Source: Candidatus Humimicrobiaceae bacterium (lineage in GTDB: Bacteria > Actinomycetota > Humimicrobiia > Humimicrobiales > Humimicrobiaceae). Taken from it: a stretch of 63,902 bases of DNA. The first letter of the stretch is position 1, and the number at the start of each line of letters is the position of its first letter. The translations under genes were made by a program, and so were the position numbers. The notes beneath the pieces were generated by a model. The model searched no databases. It was not told the DNA's origin and saw only the letters and a program-made list of their open reading frames with translations. The stretch covers positions 1 to 63,902 of the forward strand of contig DATBWH010000075.1 of assembly GCA_036514895.1 (NCBI GenBank), in the 5' to 3' direction. This document shows, piece after piece, positions 19,352 to 28,703 of this stretch.

Positions 19352-20701
19352 TACTGCTTCTTCTCTCTCTTCCCCCTCTTCTGCCGGAATATATTCCTCG
19401 TCCCATGCTTTATCGGCAATTTCCTTATAATCGCTGGCATATTTATCAAGAGGTTTTGCCAGGCAGCCGACAACTGTTTCTGCACCTTCATGTGTTGGGT
19501 AAGCACCGCTTTCGGCAACTATGTCTCTTAAAACACCGGGGTTATCTATTATGCAGCATGGTCTAAGATGGTTTTTTGTATAAGGCTGTCTTTTCCTGAA
19601 TCCTTTGAAGAAATTTGAATTCAATACCTCGATAAGACTTTTTTCCTTTATGTTATCGGTCGCAAAGTGTACGAAAACACATGGTTCGACATCTCCGTTT
19701 ACATTTATATGCAGATAATTCTTACCGCCGGCCATACAGCCATTTACCAGAGGCCCGTCGTTCCAGAAATCAGCTATCACTATTTTATTACCCTTCCTTA
19801 TCTCCCGGATCCTCTCCCTTCTGTAATCCCTTTGTTCCGGAGTGGGCATAAGATCCATATCGGGTTCCTTCCCTATCGGAATATAATTAAAATACCATCC
19901 TATAAATGCTCCTTTTTCTACAAATAAATCAACAAATTCGTCACTTACAACCAGATCGTTATTATACCTGGTGGCGGTCACAGAAAAACCAAAAAGCACC
20001 CCATTGTCATTCAGGGCATCCATTGCTCTCATAATCCTTTTCCATGCACCCCTGCCCCTCCTGATATCGGTTTCCTTTTCAAAACCTTCCACACTTATAC
20101 AGGGAACCGCATTTCCAAGTTCGGCAAGTTTTTTTGCGACTTTGTTATCTATCAGCTGGCCATTTGTATATATCTGAAAAAATGAGTTATTATGCCTTTC
20201 AAGAAAATCATATAATTTATTCCAGCAGAACGGTTCTCCTCCGGTAATAACGAAGAAGTATAACCCTATGTTGTTTGATTCCTCTATTATTCTGTTACAG
20301 ACATCATACGGAAGATCGTTCTTTTTAGAATATTGCCATGCATAGCATCCAAAACACTTCAGGTTGCACCTCATAGTGGGACTCATTACTAAAAGATTTG
20401 GCGGATTAAAACCGTATTTTTTGGTAAAAGCAAACCTTCTGGGCTGGCCCTGGACCATCGCATTATTTATAAGGTTCATAACTACTTTTTCTCTTACCTG
20501 AGGCGATATTCTTGAAGCCTGCATTTTGAGATTTATAAGTAAATTTTCCAGAAAATCTCTTTCTTCTTTTTTATTCAGTCTGTATACCCGACCCTTGATC
20601 AATGAAAGCCATCTTTCATCGGAAATTTTAGGGAGTACCTTTAATACGCCCCTTATGGCTGTCTTTGTAGTGTATAGCTTTACTCTTTCCTTTATTGTCA
20701 T
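19349..20701 (-). CDS. Radical SAM enzyme with an N-terminal helical extension and C-terminal auxiliary-cluster cysteines (SPASM/twitch-like); function unknown
   Basis: 450 aa. It has the CxxxCxxC motif in MRCNLKCFGCYAW and the GGE motif in ITGGEPF. The C-terminal region has GCMAGGKNYLHINVNGDVEPCVF, RPCCIIDNP and VGCLAK. A GGAGGG Shine-Dalgarno lies 8 nt upstream of the ATG. Confidence 0.8.
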   Translation of the reverse strand: MTIKERVKLYTTKTAIRGVLKVLPKISDERWLSLIKGRVYRLNKKEERDFLENLLINLKMQASRISPQVREKVVMNLINNAMVQGQPRRFAFTKKYGFNPPNLLVMSPTMRCNLKCFGCYAWQYSKKNDLPYDVCNRIIEESNNIGLYFFVITGGEPFCWNKLYDFLERHNNSFFQIYTNGQLIDNKVAKKLAELGNAVPCISVEGFEKETDIRRGRGAWKRIMRAMDALNDNGVLFGFSVTATRYNNDLVVSDEFVDLFVEKGAFIGWYFNYIPIGKEPDMDLMPTPEQRDYRRERIREIRKGNKIVIADFWNDGPLVNGCMAGGKNYLHINVNGDVEPCVFVHFATDNIKEKSLIEVLNSNFFKGFRKRQPYTKNHLRPCCIIDNPGVLRDIVAESGAYPTHEGAETVVGCLAKPLDKYASDYKEIADKAWDEEYIPAEEGEEREEAV

Positions 20702-20841
20702 TTTTTATGCCCTCCGATAGGTCGATAAGTAATTTTATGAGCTATTTAAAGCTATTATATATTTGAGTCAGTATCTAAAGAGTGTTTAAGTTAAATTATA
20801 AAAATATTTTTTTAAAAAATAAAGATAAATATAATTTCAGT

Positions 20842-22776
20842 CTAATAGATATTCTTTTTATTTTCTATGACTTCTTTTAATTCACCGGTAAAATCCGAAA
20901 GTTTTATTTCTTTCATATCACCGCCGCTTTTTTTCCTTACAGTAATTGTCCCTGTATCTTGCTCATTTTTCCCGACTATGATCATATAAGGTATTTTTTT
21001 TACTTCTGCCTGTCTTATCTTTTTATTTAACGACTCTACTCTGTTATCAATCTCGACTCTAAAACCTTTTTTTTCAAGATTAGCATAGACTTCTGTGCCA
21101 TAATCATAAAATTTTTCTGAAATCGGAAGTACTATTATCTGCTGCGGTGCAAGCCATGGCGGCATGTTCCCGCTGTAATGCTCGATTAGTATCCCTAAAA
21201 ACCTTTCTATGCTGCCCAGAACCGTCCTATGGATCATGACCGGCCTGTGCCTTACATTGTTTTCTCCCATATATTCTATGTCGAATTTTTCAGGCATTGC
21301 AAAATCAAGCTGTATGGTACCGCACTGCCATGTCCTTCCCAGACAGTCCAATATATGAAAATCTATCTTTGGGCCATAGAAGGCGCCTTCTCCCTCATTA
21401 ATCACATATTCAAGCCCTCTTCTTTCAATTGCTTTTTTGAGTATATTTTCTGCCTTCTCCCACATCATATCAGTACCAATTCTTTTTTCGGGCTTTGTCG
21501 AAAGTTCAAGGTGGTATTTATCAAAACCAAAAACTTTATAAACCCGGTCTATCAAACCTATTATCTTCGATACTTCTTCTTCTGCCTGTTCTTCCGTGCA
21601 AAATATATGAGCATCGTCCTGTGTGAAGCTTCTTACCCTGAACAGTCCATGTAAAACTCCCGATTTCTCGTGACGGTGAACAAGTCCTAACTCTGCGATT
21701 CTGACAGGCAATTCTTTATATGAATGCTGATTTGTTTTATACACTATAATCGTTCCGGGACAGTTCATTGGTTTTACCGCATACTCATCTTCATCGATTT
21801 TAATGAAATACATATTTTCCCTGTAATTATCCCAGTGTCCTGAAGTTTTCCATAACTGATTGCTTAGTATGATCGGGGTGTTTATTTCCTGGTACCCTTC
21901 TTTTTTGTGCTCCTCTCTCCAGTAATCCAGTAGGATAATTATCATAATCATTCCCTTTGGATGGAAAAATGGAAATCCCGGGGCTTCATCATGAAAACTG
22001 AAAAGGTCCAGATCTTTTCCTATTTTACGATGGTCACTTCTCTTTGCCTTTTCCAATCTATCCAGATATTCTTTTAACTCTTCCTTTTTAAAAAATGAAG
22101 TTCCGTATATCCTTACAAGCATCTTATTTTTTTCATTTCCCCGCCAATAAGCACCGGCAACACTCAGTAGTTTGAATGATCCGACTTTTCCTGTAGAAGG
22201 TATATGAGGTCCCGAACATAAGTCGATAAAATCTCCCGAAGAATAAATACTGACGCTGTCACCCTCGATGTCTTCTATAAGCTCGATCTTGTAAGGATTG
22301 CTTTTGAATAGCTTCTTTGCCTCTTTTTTACTGATTTCTTTTTTCTCAAATTTATAATCCGCCTTTATTATTTTTTTCATTTCTTCCTCTATCGAAGGGA
22401 GATCTTCCGCAGATACATTTCTATCCGTCTCAAAATCATAATAAAAGCCTTCCTTTATAGAGGGGCCTATTGCAAATTTTGCATCGGGGAATATTTCTTT
22501 TATAGCTTCAGCCATTATATGAGAGGAGCTGTGGTTTAATATATCATATGCTTTTTCACTAGTTTCGGCAGTTATAATATCAAAAACAGAATCCTTTATT
22601 ACCTTGAAATCAAGATCCACGAGACCCCTTTTTATTTTTTCATCTCCTGCACCAATTAATTCAGCTGCTATTGCCTGGTCCGCAATTTTTTTATCGATCT
22701 TTCCCAGCGCCTCAAGAATAGTCGATCCATCTTCTACCTTTATTTTTCCTATTTTTTTGAATTCCATTTCTATCAT
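20842..22776 (-). CDS. thrS: Threonine--tRNA ligase
   Basis: 644 aa. It has the N-terminal TGS domain, the editing-domain region (HSSSHIMAEA), the class II core and the anticodon-binding domain. Confidence 0.95.
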   Translation of the reverse strand: MIEMEFKKIGKIKVEDGSTILEALGKIDKKIADQAIAAELIGAGDEKIKRGLVDLDFKVIKDSVFDIITAETSEKAYDILNHSSSHIMAEAIKEIFPDAKFAIGPSIKEGFYYDFETDRNVSAEDLPSIEEEMKKIIKADYKFEKKEISKKEAKKLFKSNPYKIELIEDIEGDSVSIYSSGDFIDLCSGPHIPSTGKVGSFKLLSVAGAYWRGNEKNKMLVRIYGTSFFKKEELKEYLDRLEKAKRSDHRKIGKDLDLFSFHDEAPGFPFFHPKGMIMIIILLDYWREEHKKEGYQEINTPIILSNQLWKTSGHWDNYRENMYFIKIDEDEYAVKPMNCPGTIIVYKTNQHSYKELPVRIAELGLVHRHEKSGVLHGLFRVRSFTQDDAHIFCTEEQAEEEVSKIIGLIDRVYKVFGFDKYHLELSTKPEKRIGTDMMWEKAENILKKAIERRGLEYVINEGEGAFYGPKIDFHILDCLGRTWQCGTIQLDFAMPEKFDIEYMGENNVRHRPVMIHRTVLGSIERFLGILIEHYSGNMPPWLAPQQIIVLPISEKFYDYGTEVYANLEKKGFRVEIDNRVESLNKKIRQAEVKKIPYMIIVGKNEQDTGTITVRKKSGGDMKEIKLSDFTGELKEVIENKKNIY

Positions 22777-22803
22777 TTATAACAAAAGTCCACTATAAAG
22801 TTT

Positions 22804-22824
22804 TTATTATTATTATTATTATTA
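22804..22824. repeat. (TTA)7 microsatellite in the thrS upstream spacer
   Basis: The sequence ttattattattattattatta was read directly at these coordinates. Confidence 0.9.
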
Positions 22825-22867
22825 TATATCTTTATATGATTAGGACAATTAATCATCTATAAAAAAA

Positions 22868-22943
22868 TGGAGCGGAAGACGGGACTCGGACCCGCGACCC
22901 TCACCTTGGCAAGGTGATGCTCTACCAACTGAGCTACTTCCGC
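22868..22943 (-). tRNA. tRNA-Gly (anticodon GCC), CCA encoded
   Basis: The reverse complement is GCGGAAGUAGCUCAGUUGGUAGAGCAUCACCUUGCCAAGGUGAGGGUCGCGGGUCCGAGUCCCGUCUUCCGCUCCA. It folds as a cloverleaf with a 7-bp acceptor stem and the anticodon loop UUGCCAA. The T-loop reads UCCGAGU rather than the usual UUCGAGU. Confidence 0.9.
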
Positions 22944-22965
22944 ACGGTAAAATTTCGGTTCAATT

Positions 22966-22995
22966 ATTATATTACTATTATCAATTATTTTGCAA
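22966..22995 (-). promoter_or_regulatory. Candidate promoter for tRNA-Gly
   Basis: The minus strand reads TTGCAA (22995-22990), an 18-nt spacer, then TATAAT (22971-22966). This lies about 20 nt upstream of the tRNA 5' end. Confidence 0.35.
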
Positions 22996-23173
22996 AACAA
23001 ATATTAGCCACTCGAAAAATAAAAGTCAACAAAACGATCTTACTGGCTTTCTTAATTGTGTTAAAAAAATATATTATATATTATTAAGAAAGAATTCTTT
23101 TTTTATTAAATATTATTTTATATAATTACATTTACTTTTCCTTTAAAAACTAAATTATATATCCAGATGCAAG

Positions 23174-23533
23174 ATGAATGAAAAATTCCCATATGACGAT
23201 AAGGCTCAGACTATTGGATACTTTCCTTTTATGGAACCTGATGAAAAAACTGTATTTTCCGTACCCGGAACTCTTGAAAATCTAATAGGCGGTTTTCTGG
23301 TTTTAACCAATAAAAAATTATTTTTTTATTTTTATTCCAATATAACAAGAGACAAGAAATTCATAGCAACTTATCCCTATATTATTTCTGCAAACCTCAA
23401 AGAAGGTATGATTTATTCGACATTAATTGTGAGCAATAAAAAAGAAGGTTTCAATATAAATAAAATAAAGAAAAACGACGCTTTAAAATCCTACAAGATT
23501 TTAAACGAAATAATCAAAAGCAATAAAAAATAA
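23174..23533 (+). CDS. Small hypothetical protein, possibly a bacterial PH-like (GRAM/YokE-like) domain
   Basis: 119 aa with no signal peptide. The segment GGFLVLTNKKLFFYF ... YPYIISANLKEG ... STLIVSNKKEGFNI resembles the beta-sandwich pattern of bacterial PH domains. The assignment is weak. Confidence 0.35.
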   Translation: MNEKFPYDDKAQTIGYFPFMEPDEKTVFSVPGTLENLIGGFLVLTNKKLFFYFYSNITRDKKFIATYPYIISANLKEGMIYSTLIVSNKKEGFNINKIKKNDALKSYKILNEIIKSNKK

Positions 23534-23561
23534 AATTGTGAATCACGGGATACGATATATC

Positions 23562-24059
23562 TTACAGATCAGCTAAATCAAACTTATAACTGTTATCGAT
23601 TATTTTGACCCAGACACCCTTCTTGCCAAATTCCTGTGCCTCTTTCTTCGAATCGAAACATATATCTATTCTGTTACCCTTGATTTTCCCTCCGGTATCT
23701 TCCGCTGTAAAATATCCCATATCTTTTATCTCGACTTTAGTTCCCAGAGGTATGACATCAGGATCAACTGCAATTATTCCCACTCCTGCTTCTTTTCCGG
23801 TTGCAGTCATATTATCCGTTCCCTGCACAGGATCATTTGCACTATATCCGGAAGCGACAAAATAATACCAGTTGACCTTCTTCTCTACTTCTTTGATTTC
23901 CGTGACTATCACTTTTTCGGAAAGCTTGGCACTTTTTAGGAAAGGCAGAAAAGATTCAATTTTATAATTATCGGAAAATATAGAAAACGTTATTATTGAA
24001 AGTAAAAAAACTACCATTATCCAGAATGAAATATGTATAGCCATATTGTATTTTTTCAT
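23562..24059 (-). CDS. 3D-domain protein (MltA-like / YabE-like cell-wall-binding domain) with an N-terminal membrane anchor
   Basis: 165 aa. It has an N-terminal TM helix. The C-terminal region ASGYSANDPVQGTDNMTATGK...IAVDPDVIPLGTKVEI...FTAEDTGGKIKGNRIDICFDS matches the three-Asp 3D-domain pattern. Confidence 0.75.
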   Translation of the reverse strand: MKKYNMAIHISFWIMVVFLLSIITFSIFSDNYKIESFLPFLKSAKLSEKVIVTEIKEVEKKVNWYYFVASGYSANDPVQGTDNMTATGKEAGVGIIAVDPDVIPLGTKVEIKDMGYFTAEDTGGKIKGNRIDICFDSKKEAQEFGKKGVWVKIIDNSYKFDLADL

Positions 24060-24204
24060 ATTTTTCTTCCTTTACACGGTATTTTACAAAAAATATTAAT
24101 AATTTAATTTAAACATCTATTAATAATCCCATACAAAGTCCCTTATTATATATAAAAAACCCGAAAAATCAACCCCGGAATAATTAGAGTGCTGTAAATT
24201 CCTG

Positions 24205-24233
24205 TTGACCGAACATATGTTTGGTAGTAATAT
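24205..24233 (+). promoter_or_regulatory. Promoter of dnaE-dinB with an embedded LexA (Cheo-type) SOS box
   Basis: TTGACC (24205-24210), a 17-nt spacer, then TAATAT (24228-24233). The spacer begins with CGAACATATGTTTG (24210-24223), which matches the Gram-positive LexA consensus CGAACRNRYGTTYC at 13 of 14 positions. Confidence 0.6.
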
Positions 24234-24308
24234 AAAAGAGCTGATGCAAGCAGCCAATTCTGCATACATATATCTAAATAAAATTCAGGGGGGCAAGGCT
24301 TTAATAAA

Positions 24309-27300
24309 ATGGCTTTTTTTTCACATCTGCACGTACACAGCGAATACAGTCTCATGGAATCGACCATTAAGATAAAGAATCTGGTCAGTGCTGCTGCAAG
24401 AAACAATATGGAGGCAGTTGCCCTCACCGACAGATATGTAATGAGCGGGGCAATCGAATTTTACAAAGAAGCAATGAGCAAAAATATAAAACCCATAATC
24501 GGATGTGAGATATGTGTCGAAAACAACGCGATGCTGTCAAGTCTCGTCATACTGATAAAAAATGCAAGAGGATACGAAAATCTGTGCCAGGCAGTAAGTA
24601 AATCACACATAGAAAGAAAAGGTCCGGTACCGGTGGTCAGGATGTCTGATCTTAAAAAAATGAGCGAGGGACTTATAGGATTGAGCTGCTGCGGAACCGG
24701 CGAAATTTCCTTACTTATAAAAGAGGGAAAAACAAAGGAAGCGCTGCGGTCGGTAGTGGACTATCGGGAATTATTCGGCGGAGACTTCTTTCTGGAGATC
24801 CAGAGATATCCGAAGTCCAGAGTAAGTCTGTGCGTATCAGCGTTTTCCGAGATACTGATTAATTTTACATATAGGAATAACCTCCCCATAGTGGCGACAA
24901 ACAATGTCCATTACTTGAATAAGAAAGATTATGGGACATATAAGTATCTTTCTAAAATAAAGGCCATGGGAACAAAAAATGATAACCGCATAAAGCAAAT
25001 AGATAACGATGAACATTATTTCAAGTCCGCTTACGAGATGGCCGGGATGTTTCATGATATACCCGGGGCAATTTCCAATACCCGGGCCGTAGCAGAGAGA
25101 TGCGATCTTAGACTATCTCTGGGCAATGTAGATTTTCCGCACTTTAATACCCCCGCAAATGAAACGGAAGAAGGATATCTAAAGAAACTGTGCTATGGGA
25201 AAGGCCTGGAATGGAGATATGGAAGTAGTCCCCCTGCAGATGTCCTCAGCAGACTGGACAGAGAACTCGGGATAATAGCAGAAACAGGTTTCTGCGGGTA
25301 TTTTCTTATAGTAGCCGATATAGCAAGATATGCGCATAAAAATAACATCTCAATTTGCGGCAAGGGTTCCTCGGCAGGCAGTATAGTGTCTTACGTACTG
25401 GGCATATCCAATGTCGACCCCGTAAAAAACAACCTTTATTTCGAGAGGTTTCTAAACAGGGAAAGGAAAGAACCCCCGGATATAGATATCGACATTTCCA
25501 GCAAAAGAAGAGCTGAAATAACAAGATACCTGGCAGCTAGATACGGTAAAAACAATATTTCCAGAGTATGTATCTTTTCCACTCTCAAACCAAGAGCTGC
25601 GATAAGAGAGGCAGGAAGGATCATGGGATGGAGCAAAGAAGATATAGATCCTGTAATAAAAACAGATCACGGCCTCTTCTCGTATCCAAACAGGCATAAT
25701 ATTGATACCGGAAAACTTAACGGAGATCCCTGGCATACGGATACAAAAAACATGCAGTACAAAAAAATAGCCTGCATTTCCGGAAAGATTGAAAGTTACT
25801 CGAGACACATTTCCATGCATCCTTCCGCATTTATCGTGTCCGGTTCCAGCCTGGCAAAAAAGATCCCCCTTACTCTATCCGAGACCGGAGAAATAATCAG
25901 CCAGTATGATAAGAGCAGCATAGAAGATCTTGGGCTGCTTAAAATAGACCTCATAAATTCCCTCAGTCTCAGCTTAATAGACGATACGGCAGAGATGCTG
26001 AAAAGCAAAAGAAATATAGACCCCAATATCGCGAAGATACATTATGATGACAAAAAAACATTTGATTTGATAAAAAAAGGAAAGACCCTGGGTGTCTTCC
26101 AGCTGGAAAGTTTTGGCATAAGGAAACTTGCAAAAAAAATAAAACCCTCTAATTTAAACGATATCACACTGCTTATTTCTCTTTACAGACCCGGTCCCCA
26201 GCAGTCAGGAATGGTTAAAAATTTCATTGAGAGAAAATTCGGAAGAGAGAAAACTACCTATATTCACAGCGATTTGAAGACGATCCTGGAAGAAACATAT
26301 GGGATAATACTATATCAGGAGCAGGTCATGAGAATAGCAGCCTTAATAGCAGGCTATTCGCTGGGCGAAGCAGACAATCTAAGAAAAGCTATGACCGGCC
26401 TTTCAAAGGAAGAGATGAAAAAACAGACAGCAAGGTTTATGGAGGGAGCAGCGCGTAAAGGTTACAGTGCGTATAAAGCGGAGGAAATTTTCAAGCTGAT
26501 TTCCAAATTTGCCAGTTATGGTTTCGTAAAGGCCCATGCCGCCGCTTACGCAGAATTGTCCTACAGAACCTGCTATATAAAAGCGCACTGGCCGGCAGAA
26601 CTCCTGTCGATAATACTGACCGATAATTCGGGATATTACAGCAGAAGTCAATATATCGAAGAGGCAAGAAGGTTTGATATAAAAATAAAACTTCCTCACA
26701 TCAATAGGAACGGGTTCGAATTTTCCGTCGAGGATGATGGAAAATCCATAAGGATTCCCCTGCTTACCGTAAAGGGACTGGGGCACGTAAGCGTGAGTTC
26801 CATAATAAATGAAAGGACCAAAAACGGAGATTTCAAAGATTTTACCGACTTTTATAACAGAATTTCAGAGAACTGCAGATTACCGGAAAAGGTAATTGAA
26901 AACCTTATAAAAGTGGGGTCGTTTGATTTTACCGGCCTGCAAAGGAAATATCTGCTGCTTGTCTGTCATGATCTAAAGAACCTAGAAAATAACAGGACCA
27001 TCCCCCGCCGCAGCGAATGTCTCCTGTCCCGGGATAAAGATCATTCCGGAGATTTCGATCTTGAAGAAAGGCTGGAACTGGAAGAAAAAATTCTGGGGTT
27101 TTATGCAAGCTGTTCTCCTCTGATGTATTTTAAAAGCGAACTGGAACAGTATCATACCGTAGAGAGTAGGGATTTTCCCATCTTCATATCCAGTAAAAAA
27201 AATATATTTACTGCAGGAATTGTCATTTCCAGGAAAATCAATAAAAGCAGGGACGGCAGAAATATGCTGATGTGCACCATGGAAGACAGAGATGGAATGT

Positions 27301-27527
27301 ACGAAACAGTATTTTTCCCCGATGCCTTCAAAGACAGCTCAAAAATAATAATGAATCATTCCGCTCTGGTAATCGAAGGAAGACTCTGTTTCAAGGACGG
27401 AGAAATATCGGTAATCGGTAAAAATGCTGAGAGTCTTACGGATTTGAAAAAAACTAAAAGCGGAATAAGAAGAGACATCATTAAGAATATCTTACTTAAG
27501 GAAGCAAAACCTGTATGGAAAATCTAA
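24309..27527 (+). CDS. dnaE: DNA polymerase III alpha subunit, short DnaE form (1072 aa; DnaE2/DnaE3-like length)
   Basis: It has the PHP domain start FSHLHVHSEYSLMES, the palm region GKGSSAGSIVSYVLGISNVDP and catalytic PPDIDIDI, the fingers region LYRPGPQQSGM, and a C-terminal OB fold (IFTAGIVISRK...ALVIEGRL). Confidence 0.9.
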   Translation: MAFFSHLHVHSEYSLMESTIKIKNLVSAAARNNMEAVALTDRYVMSGAIEFYKEAMSKNIKPIIGCEICVENNAMLSSLVILIKNARGYENLCQAVSKSHIERKGPVPVVRMSDLKKMSEGLIGLSCCGTGEISLLIKEGKTKEALRSVVDYRELFGGDFFLEIQRYPKSRVSLCVSAFSEILINFTYRNNLPIVATNNVHYLNKKDYGTYKYLSKIKAMGTKNDNRIKQIDNDEHYFKSAYEMAGMFHDIPGAISNTRAVAERCDLRLSLGNVDFPHFNTPANETEEGYLKKLCYGKGLEWRYGSSPPADVLSRLDRELGIIAETGFCGYFLIVADIARYAHKNNISICGKGSSAGSIVSYVLGISNVDPVKNNLYFERFLNRERKEPPDIDIDISSKRRAEITRYLAARYGKNNISRVCIFSTLKPRAAIREAGRIMGWSKEDIDPVIKTDHGLFSYPNRHNIDTGKLNGDPWHTDTKNMQYKKIACISGKIESYSRHISMHPSAFIVSGSSLAKKIPLTLSETGEIISQYDKSSIEDLGLLKIDLINSLSLSLIDDTAEMLKSKRNIDPNIAKIHYDDKKTFDLIKKGKTLGVFQLESFGIRKLAKKIKPSNLNDITLLISLYRPGPQQSGMVKNFIERKFGREKTTYIHSDLKTILEETYGIILYQEQVMRIAALIAGYSLGEADNLRKAMTGLSKEEMKKQTARFMEGAARKGYSAYKAEEIFKLISKFASYGFVKAHAAAYAELSYRTCYIKAHWPAELLSIILTDNSGYYSRSQYIEEARRFDIKIKLPHINRNGFEFSVEDDGKSIRIPLLTVKGLGHVSVSSIINERTKNGDFKDFTDFYNRISENCRLPEKVIENLIKVGSFDFTGLQRKYLLLVCHDLKNLENNRTIPRRSECLLSRDKDHSGDFDLEERLELEEKILGFYASCSPLMYFKSELEQYHTVESRDFPIFISSKKNIFTAGIVISRKINKSRDGRNMLMCTMEDRDGMYETVFFPDAFKDSSKIIMNHSALVIEGRLCFKDGEISVIGKNAESLTDLKKTKSGIRRDIIKNILLKEAKPVWKI

Positions 27528-28693
27528 GGAGAATAATACATATAGATATGGATGCTTTCTTTGCCCAGGTAGAGCAAAGGGATACCCCTGAATATAAGAA
27601 TAAACCCCTGATAGTAGGCGGTCCGCTAAACAGAGGAGTGATCTCATCCGCTTCTTACGAAGCAAGAAAATATGGTTTACATTCAGGGATGCCTCTGATC
27701 CGCGCAAAGAGATTGTGCCCCGACGGAATTTTTGTTCCGGTCAACATGGAAAAGTATCTCAGGGAATCTATGCTGATAAGAAAGATATTCTTTCAATTTA
27801 CTCCCCTGGTAGAATCCATAGGCTGCGACGAAGCCTTTCTGGATATAACCGGATGCCAGAAACTTTTTGGCAATGAACTGGAAATCGCCAAAAAAATAAA
27901 GGGCAGGATCTATGAACAGACCAATTTGACTTCCTCTGCCGGTATAGGCCCCAATAAGTTTTTGGCCAAGCTTGCTTCAAGTATAGGAAAACCAAACGGT
28001 CTTACTGTTCTTGAGAATACCAGAGAAGTCATTGAAAAAGTCAAGCTCCTGCCGGTATCTTATATGTGGGGCGTTGGGAGAGTCACAGACGAGGAGTTAA
28101 AATCAATGGGAATCAGGACCATTGGCGATCTTGCCAATGCCCCGCTGTCAATAATCGAAAATAAATTCGGGGAACCCGGAAGGATTGTCCATGAGATGGC
28201 AAGCGGGATCGATAACAGAAAAGTAGTGACAAACCAGGAACCAAAATCGATAGGAAGAGAGGTGACTTATAGAAAAGATGTAGATGATCTTGAGATATTG
28301 AGATCGACCCTGCTTTTTCTCTCTCAAAAAATATCCAGAAATCTTCGCTTACAAAAATATAAAGGTAAAGTAGTCGCTCTCAAGGTAAGATTTTCCGATT
28401 TTAAGACAGTCACCAGGAGAGTAACTTTAAAAAAATATACCTCCGGCATGTTCGACATACAAAAATCCTCCGTTCTCCTGCTTAAAAATTTTGATTTGAA
28501 CAGAAAAAAAATCAGACTGATCGGAGTTTCAGTAAGCAATTTGAAACCAGCCTTTATGCTGGAAAATTTATTTCCTAACGACAAATCGGCGGATGAAAAT
28601 CTGAGCGAAGCTATTGACAGAATATCTGATAGATTTGGTGGGAATAAGCTTACTATAGCAAGGTTGGCCGATAAAGATGAAATAATGGATTAA
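27515..28693 (+). CDS. dinB: DNA polymerase IV (Y-family), catalytic residues intact
   Basis: 392 aa. It has IIHIDMDAFFAQVEQRD, GCDEAFLDIT and SAGIGPNKFLAKLAS. It overlaps the dnaE 3' end by 13 nt. Confidence 0.92.
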   Translation: MENLRRIIHIDMDAFFAQVEQRDTPEYKNKPLIVGGPLNRGVISSASYEARKYGLHSGMPLIRAKRLCPDGIFVPVNMEKYLRESMLIRKIFFQFTPLVESIGCDEAFLDITGCQKLFGNELEIAKKIKGRIYEQTNLTSSAGIGPNKFLAKLASSIGKPNGLTVLENTREVIEKVKLLPVSYMWGVGRVTDEELKSMGIRTIGDLANAPLSIIENKFGEPGRIVHEMASGIDNRKVVTNQEPKSIGREVTYRKDVDDLEILRSTLLFLSQKISRNLRLQKYKGKVVALKVRFSDFKTVTRRVTLKKYTSGMFDIQKSSVLLLKNFDLNRKKIRLIGVSVSNLKPAFMLENLFPNDKSADENLSEAIDRISDRFGGNKLTIARLADKDEIMD

Positions 28694-28703
28694 GCTATTT
28701 TAT

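Noticed and set aside
22804-22824. The (TTA)7 microsatellite as a phase-variation switch.
   Set aside because: It is intergenic, in a generally AT-rich spacer, and is not positioned between recognisable -35 and -10 elements. It is most simply low-complexity sequence.
22777-22867. A T-box or other leader upstream of thrS, as in many Firmicutes.
   Set aside because: Only about 90 nt of very AT-rich spacer separates thrS from tRNA-Gly. I found no specifier hairpin, T-box sequence or terminator in it.
24837-26786. Several minus-strand ORFs of 66-127 aa inside dnaE (24837-25055, 25306-25524, 25436-25636, 25452-25820, 25796-26026, 26403-26786), and the 93-aa ORF at 24146-24427 across the promoter.
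   Set aside because: All lie antisense to a full-length, motif-rich DnaE frame. They have no recognisable motifs or Shine-Dalgarno sequences. They are explained by the locally higher G+C, which gives fewer stop codons.
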